From NCBI GenBank assembly GCA_964057225.1, contig OZ059897.1:18166001-18230000 (forward strand): DNA of 64,000 nt. Reading direction: 5' to 3'. This DNA comes from Auanema rhodensis. Lineage: Eukaryota > Animalia > Nematoda. The translations under genes were made by a program, and so were the position numbers. Positions 39,790 to 54,300 of the stretch are shown here, piece by piece. Numbering within the stretch: position 1 is the first letter of the stretch; each line of letters begins with the position of its first letter. Under the pieces are notes generated by a model. That model did not search any database and was not told where the DNA came from. It saw nothing but the letters and a program-made list of their open reading frames with translations.

Positions 39790-42700
39790 TCCAAAAACAT
39801 TTTGACAAAAATTTTTTCGAAAAATTTCAAAATAATTTAGCAAAAAGTAGATGTTTTTAGATTCCATTTTTCAAGGCAAAGACGATGGACAATGTTATTC
39901 AACGAAAAAATTAATTCTTCAGGGTGAAAATCGAAGATATAAGTGTGAACTTATATCAGTTGATATCTCGGTGCATTTTTAAGCTAGCGCAAATCTGATA
40001 ACACAGATCGACGCAGCTTAAAAATCCGCATCGAATGCACTATACTACATTGAGAAACGCTCAATACAAAAATTAGTTATAATCGTTTGAAAAATGATGC
40101 ATTAGTGTATGTTGAGTTTCCATGTACACTCAACATTGCTTCCAAAAACATTTTGACAAAAATTTTTTCGAAAAATTTCAAAATAATTTAGCAAAAAGTA
40201 GATGTTTTTAAATTCCATTTTTCAAGGCAAAGACGATGGACAATGTTATTCAACGAAAAAATTAATTCTTCAGGGTGAAAATCGAAGATATAAGTGTGAA
40301 CTTATATCAGTTGATATCTCGGTGCATTTTTAAGCTAGCGCAAATCTGATAACACAGATCGACGCAGCTTAAAAATCCGCATCGAATGCACTATACTACA
40401 TTGAGAAACGCTTAATACAAAAATTAGTTATAATCGTTTGAAAAATGATGCATTAGTGTATGTTGAGTTTCCATGTACACTCAACATTGCTTCCAAAAAC
40501 ATTTTGACAAAAATTTTTTCGAAAAATTTCAAAATAATTTAGCAAAAAGTAGATGTTTTTAGATTCCATTTTTCAAGGCAAAGACGATGGACAATGTTAT
40601 TCAACGAAAAAATTAATTCTTCAGGGTGAAAATCGAGGATATAAGTGTGAACTTATATCAGTTGATATCTCGGTGCATTTTTAAGCTAGCGCAAATCTGA
40701 TAACACAGATCGACGCAGCTTAAAAATCCGCATCGAATGCACTATACTACATTGAGAAACGCTTAATACATAAATTAGTTATGATCGTTTGAAAAATGAT
40801 GCATTAGTGTATGTTGAGTTTCCATGTACACTCAACATTGCTTCCAAAAACATTTTGACAAAAATTTTTTCGAAAAATTTCAAAATAATTTAGCAAAAAG
40901 TAGATGTTTTTAGATTCCATTTTTCAAGGCAAAGACGATGGACAATGTTATTCAACGAAAAAATTAATTCTTCAGGGTGAAAATCGAAGATATAAGTGTG
41001 AACTTATATCAGTTGATATCTCGGTGCATTTTTAAGCTAGCGCAAATCTGATAACACAGATCGACGCAGCTTAAAAATCCGCATCGAATGCACTATACTA
41101 CATTGAGAAACGCTTAATACAAAAATTAGTTATAATCGTTTGAAAAATGATGCATTAGTGTATGTTGAGTTTCCATGTACACTCAACATTGCTTCCAAAA
41201 ACATTTTGACAAAAATTTTTTCGAAAAATTTCAAAATAATTTAGCAAAAAGTAGATGTTTTTAGATTCCATTTTTCAAGGCAAAGACGATGGACAATGTT
41301 ATTCAACGAAAAAATTAATTCTTCAGGGTGAAAATCGAGGATATAAGTGTGAACTTATATCAGTTGATATCTCGGTGCATTTTTAAGCTAGCGCAAATCT
41401 GATAACACAGATCGACGCAGCTTAAAAATCCGCATCGAATGCACTATACTACATTGAGAAACGCTTAATACATAAATTAGTTATGATCGTTTGAAAAATG
41501 ATGCATTAGTGTATGTTGAGTTTCCATGTACACTCAACATTGCTTCCAAAAACATTTTGACAAAAATTTTTTCGAAAAATTTCAAAATAATTTAGCAAAA
41601 AGTAGATGTTTTTAGATTCCATTTTTCAAGGCAAAGACGATGGACAATGTTATTCAACGAAAAAATTAATTCTTCAGGGTGAAAATCGAAGATATAAGTG
41701 TGAACTTATATCAGTTGATATCTCGGTGCATTTTTAAGCTAGCGCAAATCTGATAACACAGATCGACGCAGCTTAAAAATCCGCATCGAATGCACTATAC
41801 TACATTGAGAAACGCTTAATACAAAAATTAGTTATAATCGTTTGAAAAATGATGCATTAGTGTATGTTGAGTTTCCATGTACACTCAACATTGCTTCCAA
41901 AAACATTTTGACAAAAATTTTTTCGAAAAATTTCAAAATAATTTAGCAAAAAGTAGATGTTTTTAGATTCCATTTTTCAAGGCAAAGACGATGGACAATG
42001 TTATTCAACGAAAAAATTAATTCTCCAGGGTGAAAATCGAGGATATAAGTGTGAACTTATATCAGTTGATATCTCGGTGCATTTTTAAGCTAGCGCAAAT
42101 CTGATAACACAGATCGACGCAGCTTAAAAATCCGGATCGAATGCACTATACTACATTGAGAAACGCTTAATACAAAAATTAGTTATAATCGTTTGAAAAA
42201 TGATGCATTAGTGTATGTTGAGTTTCCATGTACACTCAACATTGCTTCCAAAAACATTTTGACAAAAATTTTTTCGAAAAATTTCAAAATAATTTAGCAA
42301 AAAGTAGATGTTTTTAGATTCCATTTTTCAAGGCAAAGACGATGGACAATGTTATTCAACGAAAAAATTAATTCTCCAGGGTGAAAATCGAGGATATAAG
42401 TGTGAACTTATATCAGTTGATATCTCGGTGCATTTTTAAGCTAGCGCAAATCTGATAACACAGATCGACGCAGCTTAAAAATCCGGATCGAATGCACTAT
42501 ACTACATTGAGATACGCTTAATACAAAAATTAGTTATGATCGTTTGAAAAATGATGCATTAGTGTATGTTGAGTTTCCATGTACACTCAACATTGCTTCC
42601 AAAAACATTTTGACAAAAATTTTTTCGAAAAATTTCAAAATAATTTAGCAAAAAGTAGATGTTTTTAGATTTCATTTTACAAGGCAAAGACGATGGACAA

Positions 42701-45700
42701 TGTTATTCAACGAAAAAATTAATTCTTCAGGGTGAAAATTGAGGATATAAGTGTGAACTTATATCAGTTGATATCTCGGTGCATTTTTAAGCTAGCGCAA
42801 ATCTGATAACACAGATCGACGCAGCTTAAAAATCCGCATCGAATGCACTATACTACATTGAGAAACACTTGATACAAAAATTAGTTATGATCGTTTGAAA
42901 AATGATGCATTAGTGTATGTTGAGTTTCCATGTACACTCAACATTGCTTCCAAAAACATTTTGACAAAAATTTTTTCGAAAAATTTCAAAATAATTTAGC
43001 AAAAAGTAGATGTTTTTAGATTTCATTTTTCAAGGCAAAGACGATGGACAATGTTATTCAACGAAAAAATTAATTCTTCAGGGTGAAAATCGAGGATATA
43101 AGTGTGAACTTATATCAGTTGATATCTCGGTGCATTTTTAAGCTAGCGCAAATCTGATAACACAGATCGACGCAGCTTAAAAATCCGCATCGAATGCACT
43201 ATACTACATTGAGAAACGCTTAATACAAAAATTAGTTATGATCGTTTGAAAAATGATGCATTAGTGTATGTTGAGTTTCCATGTACACTCAACATTGCTT
43301 CCAAAAACATTTTGACAAAAATTTTTTCGAAAAATTTCAAAATAATTTAGCAAAAAGTAGATGTTTTTAGATTTCTTTTTTCAAGGCAAAGACGATGGAC
43401 AATGTTATTCAACGAAAAAATTAATTCTTCAGGGTGAAAATCGAAGATATAAGTGTGAACTTATATCAGTTGATATCTCGGTGCATTTTTAAGCTAGCGC
43501 AAATCTGATAACACAGATCGACGCAGCTTAAAAATCCGCATCGAATGCACTATACTACATTGAGAAACGCTCAATACAAAAATTAGTTATAATCGTTTGA
43601 AAAATGATGCATTAGTGTATGTTGAGTTTCCATGTACACTCAACATTGCTTCCAAAAACATTTTGACAAAAATTTTTTCGAAAAATTTCAAAATAATTTA
43701 GCAAAAAGTAGATGTTTTTAGATTCCATTTTTCAAGGCAAAGACGATGGACAATGTTATTCAACGAAAAAATTAATTCTTCAGGGTGAAAATCGAAGATA
43801 TAAGTGTGAACTTATATCAGTTGATATCTCGGTGCATTTTTAAGCTAGCGCAAATCTGATAACACAGATCGACGCAGCTTAAAAATCCGCATCGAATGCA
43901 CTATACTACATTGAGAAACGCTTAATACAAAAATTAGTTATAATCGTTTGAAAAATGATGCATTAGTGTATGTTGAGTTTCCATGTACACTCAACATTGC
44001 TTCCAAAAACATTTTGACAAAAATTTTTTCGAAAAATTTCAAAATAATTTAGCAAAAAGTAGATGTTTTTAGATTCCATTTTTCAAGGCAAAGACGATGG
44101 ACAATGTTATTCAACGAAAAAATTAATTCTTCAGGGTGAAAATCGAGGATATAAGTGTGAACTTATATCAGTTGATATCTCGGTGCATTTTTAAGCTAGC
44201 GCAAATCTGATAACACAGATCGACGCAGCTTAAAAATCCGCATCGAATGCACTATACTACATTGAGAAACGCTCAATACAAAAATTAGTTATAATCGTTT
44301 GAAAAATGATGCATTAGTGTATGTTGAGTTTCCATGTACACTCAACATTGCTTCCAAAAACATTTTGACAAAAATTTTTTCGAAAAATTTCAAAATAATT
44401 TAGCAAAAAGTAGATGTTTTTAGATTCCATTTTTCAAGGCAAAGACGATGGACAATGTTATTCAACGAAAAAATTAATTCTTCAGGGTGAAAATCGAAGA
44501 TATAAGTGTGAACTTATATCAGTTGATATCTCGGTGCATTTTTAAGCTAGCGCAAATCTGATAACACAGATCGACGCAGCTTAAAAATCCGCATCGAATG
44601 CACTATACTACATTGAGAAACGCTTAATACAAAAATTAGTTATAATCGTTTGAAAAATGATGCATTAGTGTATGTTGAGTTTCCATGTACACTCAACATT
44701 GCTTCCAAAAACATTTTGACAAAAATTTTTTCGAAAAATTTCAAAATAATTTAGCAAAAAGTAGATGTTTTTAGATTCCATTTTTCAAGGCAAAGACGAT
44801 GGACAATGTTATTCAACGAAAAAATTAATTCTTCAGGGTGAAAATCGAGGATATAAGTGTGAACTTATATCAGTTGATATCTCGGTGCATTTTTAAGCTA
44901 GCGCAAATCTGATAACACAGATCGACGCAGCTTAAAAATCCGCATCGAATGCACTATACTACATTGAGAAACGCTCAATACAAAAATTAGTTATAATCGT
45001 TTGAAAAATGATGCATTAGTGTATGTTGAGTTTCCATGTACACTCAACATTGCTTCCAAAAACATTTTGACAAAAATTTTTTCGAAAAATTTCAAAATAA
45101 TTTAGCAAAAAGTAGATGTTTTTAGATTCCATTTTTCAAGGCAAAGACGATGGACAATGTTATTCAACGAAAAAATTAATTCTTCAGGGTGAAAATCGAA
45201 GATATAAGTGTGAACTTATATCAGTTGATATCTCGGTGCATTTTTAAGCTAGCGCAAATCTGATAACACAGATCGACGCAGCTTAAAAATCCGCATCGAA
45301 TGCACTATACTACATTGAGAAACGCTTAATACAAAAATTAGTTATAATCGTTTGAAAAATGATGCATTAGTGTATGTTGAGTTTCCATGTACACTCAACA
45401 TTGCTTCCAAAAACATTTTGACAAAAATTTTTTCGAAAAATTTCAAAATAATTTAGCAAAAAGTAGATGTTTTTAGATTCCATTTTTCAAGGCAAAGACG
45501 ATGGACAATGTTATTCAACGAAAAAATTAATTCTTCAGGGTGAAAATCGAGGATATAAGTGTGAACTTATATCAGTTGATATCTCGGTGCATTTTTAAGC
45601 TAGCGCAAATCTGATAACACAGATCGACGCAGCTTAAAAATCCGCATCGAATGCACTATACTACATTGAGAAACGCTTAATACATAAATTAGTTATGATC

Positions 45701-48335
45701 GTTTGAAAAATGATGCATTAGTGTATGTTGAGTTTCCATGTACACTCAACATTGCTTCCAAAAACATTTTGACAAAAATTTTTTCGAAAAATTTCAAAAT
45801 AATTTAGCAAAAAGTAGATGTTTTTAGATTCCATTTTTCAAGGCAAAGACGATGGACAATGTTATTCAACGAAAAAATTAATTCTTCAGGGTGAAAATCG
45901 AAGATATAAGTGTGAACTTATATCAGTTGATATCTCGGTGCATTTTTAAGCTAGCGCAAATCTGATAACACAGATCGACGCAGCTTAAAAATCCGCATCG
46001 AATGCACTATACTACATTGAGAAACGCTTAATACAAAAATTAGTTATAATCGTTTGAAAAATGATGCATTAGTGTATGTTGAGTTTCCATGTACACTCAA
46101 CATTGCTTCCAAAAACATTTTGACAAAAATTTTTTCGAAAAATTTCAAAATAATTTAGCAAAAAGTAGATGTTTTTAGATTCCATTTTTCAAGGCAAAGA
46201 CGATGGACAATGTTATTCAACGAAAAAATTAATTCTTCAGGGTGAAAATCGAGGATATAAGTGTGAACTTATATCAGTTGATATCTCGGTGCATTTTTAA
46301 GCTAGCGCAAATCTGATAACACAGATCGACGCAGCTTAAAAATCCGCATCGAATGCACTATACTACATTGAGAAACGCTTAATACATAAATTAGTTATGA
46401 TCGTTTGAAAAATGATGCATTAGTGTATGTTGAGTTTCCATGTACACTCAACATTGCTTCCAAAAACATTTTGACAAAAATTTTTTCGAAAAATTTCAAA
46501 ATAATTTAGCAAAAAGTAGATGTTTTTAGATTCCATTTTTCAAGGCAAAGACGATGGACAATGTTATTCAACGAAAAAATTAATTCTTCAGGGTGAAAAT
46601 CGAAGATATAAGTGTGAACTTATATCAGTTGATATCTCGGTGCATTTTTAAGCTAGCGCAAATCTGATAACACAGATCGACGCAGCTTAAAAATCCGCAT
46701 CGAATGCACTATACTACATTGAGAAACGCTTAATACAAAAATTAGTTATAATCGTTTGAAAAATGATGCATTAGTGTATGTTGAGTTTCCATGTACACTC
46801 AACATTGCTTCCAAAAACATTTTGACAAAAATTTTTTCGAAAAATTTCAAAATAATTTAGCAAAAAGTAGATGTTTTTAGATTCCATTTTTCAAGGCAAA
46901 GACGATGGACAATGTTATTCAACGAAAAAATTAATTCTCCAGGGTGAAAATCGAGGATATAAGTGTGAACTTATATCAGTTGATATCTCGGTGCATTTTT
47001 AAGCTAGCGCAAATCTGATAACACAGATCGACGCAGCTTAAAAATCCGGATCGAATGCACTATACTACATTGAGAAACGCTTAATACAAAAATTAGTTAT
47101 AATCGTTTGAAAAATGATGCATTAGTGTATGTTGAGTTTCCATGTACACTCAACATTGCTTCCAAAAACATTTTGACAAAAATTTTTTCGAAAAATTTCA
47201 AAATAATTTAGCAAAAAGTAGATGTTTTTAGATTCCATTTTTCAAGGCAAAGACGATGGACAATGTTATTCAACGAAAAAATTAATTCTCCAGGGTGAAA
47301 ATCGAGGATATAAGTGTGAACTTATATCAGTTGATATCTCGGTGCATTTTTAAGCTAGCGCAAATCTGATAACACAGATCGACGCAGCTTAAAAATCCGG
47401 ATCGAATGCACTATACTACATTGAGATACGCTTAATACAAAAATTAGTTATGATCGTTTGAAAAATGATGCATTAGTGTATGTTGAGTTTCCATGTACAC
47501 TCAACATTGCTTCCAAAAACATTTTGACAAAAATTTTTTCGAAAAATTTCAAAATAATTTAGCAAAAAGTAGATGTTTTTAGATTTCATTTTACAAGGCA
47601 AAGACGATGGACAATGTTATTCAACGAAAAAATTAATTCTTCAGGGTGAAAATTGAGGATATAAGTGTGAACTTATATCAGTTGATATCTCGGTGCATTT
47701 TTAAGCTAGCGCAAATCTGATAACACAGATCGACGCAGCTTAAAAATCCGCATCGAATGCACTATACTACATTGAGAAACACTTGATACAAAAATTAGTT
47801 ATGATCGTTTGAAAAATGATGCATTAGTGTATGTTGAGTTTCCATGTACACTCAACATTGCTTCCAAAAACATTTTGACAAAAATTTTTTCGAAAAATTT
47901 CAAAATAATTTAGCAAAAAGTAGATGTTTTTAGATTTCATTTTTCAAGGCAAAGACGATGGACAATGTTATTCAACGAAAAAATTAATTCTTCAGGGTGA
48001 AAATCGAGGATATAAGTGTGAACTTATATCAGTTGATATCTCGGTGCATTTTTAAGCTAGCGCAAATCTGATAACACAGATCGACGCAGCTTAAAAATCC
48101 GCATCGAATGCACTATACTACATTGAGAAACGCTTAATACAAAAATTAGTTATGATCGTTTGAAAAATGATGCATTAGTGTATGTTGAGTTTCCATGTAC
48201 ACTCAACATTGCTTCCAAAAACATTTTGACAAAAATTTTTTCGAAAAATTTCAAAATAATTTAGCAAAAAGTAGATGTTTTTAGATTTCTTTTTTCAAGG
48301 CAAAGACGATGGACAATGTTATTCAACGAAAAAAT
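39790..48335. repeat. 10-monomer duplication with nested dimer expansion (marker offset 4914 bp)
   Basis: TTCTCCAGG (42025/46939), CCGGATCG, GAGATACG (~42513/47427) and TTTTACAAGG (~42679/47593) recur at +4914 = 3510 + 2x702. Confidence 0.85.
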
Positions 48336-51300
48336 CATTTCTTCAGGGTGAAAATCGAGGATATAAGTGTGAACTTATATCAGTTGATATCTGGGTGCAT
48401 TTTTAAGCTAGCGCAAATCTGATAACACAGATCGACGCAACTTAAAAATCCGCATCGAATGCACTATACTACATTGAGAAACGCTTGATACAAAAATTAG
48501 TTATGATCGTTTGAAAAATGATGCATTAGTGTATGTTGAGTTTCCATGTACACTCAATATTGCTTCCAAAAACATTTTGACAAAAATTTTTTCGAAAAAT
48601 TTCAAAATAATTTAGCAAAAAGTAGATGTTTTTAGATTCCATTTTTCAAGGCAAAGACGATAGACAATGTTATTCAACGAAAAAATTAATTCTTCAGGGT
48701 GAAAATCGAGGATATAAGTGTGAACTTATATCAGTTGATATCTCGGTGCATTTTTAAGCTAGCGCAAATCTGATAACACAGATCGACGCAGCTTAAAAAT
48801 CCGCATCGAATGCACTATACTACATTAAGAAACGCTTGATACAAAAATTAGTTATGATCGTTTGAAAAATGATGCATTAGTGTATGTTGAGTTTCCATGT
48901 ACAATCAACATTGCTTCCAAAAACATTTTGACAAAAATTTTTTCGAAAAATTTCAAAATAATTTAGCAAAAAGTAGATGTTTTTAGATTCCATTTTTCAA
49001 GGCAAAGACGATGGACAATGTTATTCAACGAAAAAATTAATTCTTCAGGGTGAAAATCGAGGATATAAGTGTGAACTTATATCAGTTGATATCTCGGTGC
49101 ATTTTTAAGCTAGCGCAAATCTGATAACACAGATCGACGCAGCTTAAAAATCCGCATCGAATGCACTATACTACATTGAGAAACGCTTAATACATAAATT
49201 AGTTATGATCGTTTGAAAAATGATGCATTAGTGTATGTTGAGTTTCCATGTACACTCAACATTGCTTCCAAAAACATTTTGACAAAAATTTTTTCGAAAA
49301 ATTTCAAAATAATTTAGCAAAAAGTAGATGTTTTTAGATTCCATTTTTCAAGGCAAAGACGATGGACAATGTTATTCAACGAAAAAATTAATTCTTCAGG
49401 GTGAAAATCGAAGATATAAGTGTGAACTTATATCAGTTGATATCTCGGTGCATTTTTAAGCTAGCGCAAATCTGATAACACAGATCGACGCAGCTTAAAA
49501 ATCCGCATCGAATGCACTATACTACATTGAGAAACGCTTAATACAAAAATTAGTTATGATCGTTTGAAAAATGATGCATTAGTGTATGTTGAGTTTCCAT
49601 GTACACTCAACATTGCTTCCAAAAACATTTTGACAAAAATTTTTTCGAAAAATTTCAAAATAATTTAGCAAAAAGTAGATGTTTTTAGATTCCATTTTTC
49701 AAGGCAAAGACGATGGACAATGTTATTCAACGAAAAAATTAATTCTTCAGGGTGAAAATCGAAGATATAAGTGTGAACTTATATCAGTTGATATCTCGGT
49801 GCATTTTTAAGCTAGCGCAAATCTGATAACACAGATCGACGCAGCTTAAAAATCCGCATCGAATGCACTATACTACATTGAGAAACGCTTAATACAAAAA
49901 TTAGTTATAATCGTTTGAAAAATGATGCATTAGTGTATGTTGAGTTTCCATGTACACTCAACATTGCTTCCAAAAACATTTTGACAAAAATTTTTTCGAA
50001 AAATTTCAAAATAATTTAGCAAAAAGTAGATGTTTTTAGATTCCATTTTTCAAGGCAAAGACGATGGACAATGTTATTCAACGAAAAAATTAATTCTTCA
50101 GGGTGAAAATCGAGGATATAAGTGTGAACTTATATCAGTTGATATCTCGGTGCATTTTTAAGCTAGCGCAAATCTGATAACACAGATCGACGCAGCTTAA
50201 AAATCCGCATCGAATGCACTATACTACATTGAGAAACGCTTAATACATAAATTAGTTATGATCGTTTGAAAAATGATGCATTAGTGTATGTTGAGTTTCC
50301 ATGTACACTCAACATTGCTTCCAAAAACATTTTGACAAAAATTTTTTCGAAAAATTTCAAAATAATTTAGCAAAAAGTAGATGTTTTTAGATTCCATTTT
50401 TCAAGGCAAAGACGACGGACAATGTTATTCAACGAAAAAATTAATTCTTCAGGGTGAAAATCGAGGATATAAGTGTGAACTTATATCAGTTGATATCTCG
50501 GTGCATTTTTAAGCTAGCGCAAATCTGATAACACAGATCGACGCAGCTTAAAAATCCGCATCGAATGCACTATACTACATTGAGAAACGCTTAATACATA
50601 AATTAGTTATGATCGTTTGAAAAATGATGCATTAGTGTATGTTGAGTTTCCATGTACACTCAACATTGCTTCCAAAAACATTTTGACAAAAATTTTTTCG
50701 AAAAATTTCAAAATAATTTAGCAAAAAGTAGATGTTTTTAGATTCCATTTTTCAAGGCAAAGACGATGGACAATGTTATTCAACGAAAAAATTAATTCTT
50801 CAGGGTGAAAATCGAAGATATAAGTGTGAACTTATATCAGTTGATATCTCGGTGCATTTTTAAGCTAGCGCAAATCTGATAACACAGATCGACGCAGCTT
50901 AAAAATCCGCATCGAATGCACTATACTACATTGAGAAACGCTTAATACAAAAATTAGTTATAATCGTTTGAAAAATGATGCATTAGTGTATGTTGAGTTT
51001 CCATGTACACTCAACATTGCTTCCAAAAACATTTTGACAAAAATTTTTTCGAAAAATTTCAAAATAATTTAGCAAAAAGTAGATGTTTTTAGATTCCATT
51101 TTTCAAGGCAAAGACGATGGACAATGTTATTCAACGAAAAAATTAATTCTTCAGGGTGAAAATCGAGGATATAAGTGTGAACTTATATCAGTTGATATCT
51201 CGGTGCATTTTTAAGCTAGCGCAAATCTGATAACACAGATCGACGCAGCTTAAAAATCCGCATCGAATGCACTATACTACATTAAGAAACGCTTAATACA

Positions 51301-54300
51301 AAAATTAGTTATAATCGTTTGAAAAATGATGCATTAGTGTATGTTGAGTTTCCATGTACACTCAACATTGCTTCCAAAAACATTTTGACAAAAATTTTTT
51401 CGAAAAATTTCAAAATAATTTAGCAAAAAGTAGATGTTTTTAGATTCCATTTTTCAAGGCAAAGACGATGGACAATGTTATTCAACGAAAAAATTAATTC
51501 TTCAGGGTGAAAATCGAGGATATAAGTGTGAACTTATATCAGTTGATATCTCGGTGCATTTTTAAGCTAGCGCAAATCTGATAACACAGATCGACGCAGC
51601 TTAAAAATCCGCATCGAATGCACTATACTACATTAAGAATCGCTTGATACAAAAATTAGTTATGATCGTTTGAAAAATGATGCATTAGTGTATGTTGAGT
51701 TTCCATGTACACTCAACATTGCTTCCAAAAACATTTTGACAAAAATTTTTTCGAAAAATTTCAAAAAAATTTAGCAAAAAATAGATGTTTTTAGATTCCA
51801 TTTTTCAAGGCAAAGACGATGGACAATGTTATTCAACGAAAAAATTAATTCTTCAGGGTGAAAATCGAGGATATAAGTGTGAACTTATATCAGTTGATAT
51901 CTCGGTGCATTTTTAAGCTAGCGCAAATCTGATAACACAGATCGACGCAGCTTAAAAATCCGCATCGAATGCACTATACTACATTAAGAAACGCTTGATA
52001 AAAAAATTAGTTATGATCGTTTGAAAAATGATGCATTAGTGTATGTTGAGTTTCCATGTACAATCAACATTGCTTCCAAAAACATTTTGACAAAAATTTT
52101 TTCGAAAAATTTCAAAATAATTTAGCAAAAAGTAGATGTTTTTAGATTCCATTTTTCAAGGCAAAGACGATGGACAATGTTATTCAACGAAAAAATTAAT
52201 TCTTCAGGGTGAAAATCGAGGATATAAGTGTGAACCTATATCAGTTGATATCTCGGTGCATTTTTAAGCTAGCGCAAATCTGATAACACAGATCGACGCA
52301 GCTTAAAAATCCGCATCGAATGCACTATACTACATTGAGAAACGCTTAATACAAAAATTAGTTATGATCGTTTGAAAAATGATGCATTAGTGTATGTTGA
52401 GTTTCCATGTACACTCAACATTGCTTCCAAAAACATTTTGACAAAAATTTTTTCGAAAAATTTCAAAATAATTTAGCAAAAAGTAGATGTTTTTAGATTC
52501 CATTTTTCAAGGCAAAGACGATGGACAATGTTATTCAACGAAAAAATTAATTCTTCAGGGTGAAAATCGAGGATATAAGTGTGAACTTATATCAGTTGAT
52601 ATCTCGGTGCATTTTTAAGCTAGCGCAAATCTGATAACACAGATCGACGCAGCTTAAAAATCCGCATCGAATGCACTATACTACATTAAGAAACGCTTGA
52701 TACAAAAATTAGTTATGATCGTTTGAAAAATGATGCATTAGTGTATGTTGAGTTTCCATGTACAATCAACATTGCTTCCAAAAACATTTTGACAAAAATT
52801 TTTTCGAAAAATTTCAAAATAATTTAGCAAAAAGTAGATGTTTTTAGATTCCATTTTTCAAGGCAAAGACGATGGACAATGTTATTCAACGAAAAAATTA
52901 ATTCTTCAGGGTGAAAATCGAGGATATAAGTGTGAACCTATATCAGTTGATATCTCGGTGCATTTTTAAGCTAGCGCAAATCTGATAACACAGATCGACG
53001 CAGCTTAAAAATCCGCATCGAATGCACTATACAACATTGAGAAACGCTTAATACAAAAATTAGTTATGATCGTTTGAAAAATGATGCATTAGTGTATGTT
53101 GAGTTTCCATGTACACTCAACATTGCTTCCAAAAACATTTTGACAAAAATTTTTTCGAAAAATTTCAAAATAATTTAGCAAAAAGTAGATGTTTTTAGAT
53201 TCCATTTTTCAAGGCAAAGACGATGGACAATGTTATTCAACGAAAAAATTAATTCTTCAGGGTGAAAATCGAAGATATAAGTGTGAACTTATATCAGTTG
53301 ATATCTCGGTGCATTTTTAAGCTAGCGCAAATCTGATAACACAGATCGACGCAGCTTAAAAATCCGCATCGAATGCACTATACTACATTGAGAAACGCTT
53401 AATACAAAAATTAGTTATAATCGTTTGAAAAATGATGCATTAGTGTATGTTGAGTTTCCATGTACACTCAACATTGCTTCCAAAAACATTTTGACAAAAA
53501 TTTTTTCGAAAAATTTCAAAATAATTTAGCAAAAAGTAGATGTTTTTAGATTCCATTTTTCAAGGCAAAGACGATGGACAATGTTATTCAACGAAAAAAT
53601 TAATTCTTCAGGGTGAAAATCGAGGATATAAGTGTGAACTTATATCAGTTGATATCTCGGTGCATTTTTAAGCTAGCGCAAATCTGATAACACAGATCGA
53701 CGCAGCTTAAAAATCCGCATCGAATGCACTATACTACATTGAGAAACGCTTAATACAAAAATTAGTTATAATCGTTTGAAAAATGATGCATTAGTGTATG
53801 TTGAGTTTCCATGTACACTCAACATTGCTTCCAAAAACATTTTGACAAAAATTTTTTCGAAAAATTTCAAAATAATTTAGCAAAAAGTAGATGTTTTTAG
53901 ATTCCATTTTTCAAGGCAAAGACGATGGACAATGTTATTCAACGAAAAAATTAATTCTTCAGGGTGAAAATCGAGGATATAAGTGTGAACTTATATCAGT
54001 TGATATCTCGGTGCATTTTTAAGCTAGCGCAAATCTGATAACACAGATCGACGCAGCTTAAAAATCCGCATCGAATGCACTATACTACATTGAGAAACGC
54101 TTAATACAAAAATTAGTTATAATCGTTTGAAAAATGATGCATTAGTGTATGTTGAGTTTCCATGTACACTCAACATTGCTTCCAAAAACATTTTGACAAA
54201 AATTTTTTCGAAAAATTTCAAAATAATTTAGCAAAAAGTAGATGTTTTTAGATTCCATTTTTCAAGGCAAAGACGATGGACAATGTTATTCAACGAAAAA

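Larger units (their letters stand above)
33270..40060. repeat. 9-monomer + 63 bp (3222 bp) higher-order repeat, ~2 copies
   Basis: The 63-bp duplication (35209/38431) and the AAGTATGAAC variant (34203/37425) recur at +3222. The intervening GAGG/GAAG and TATAAT/TATGAT patterns match. Confidence 0.93.
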
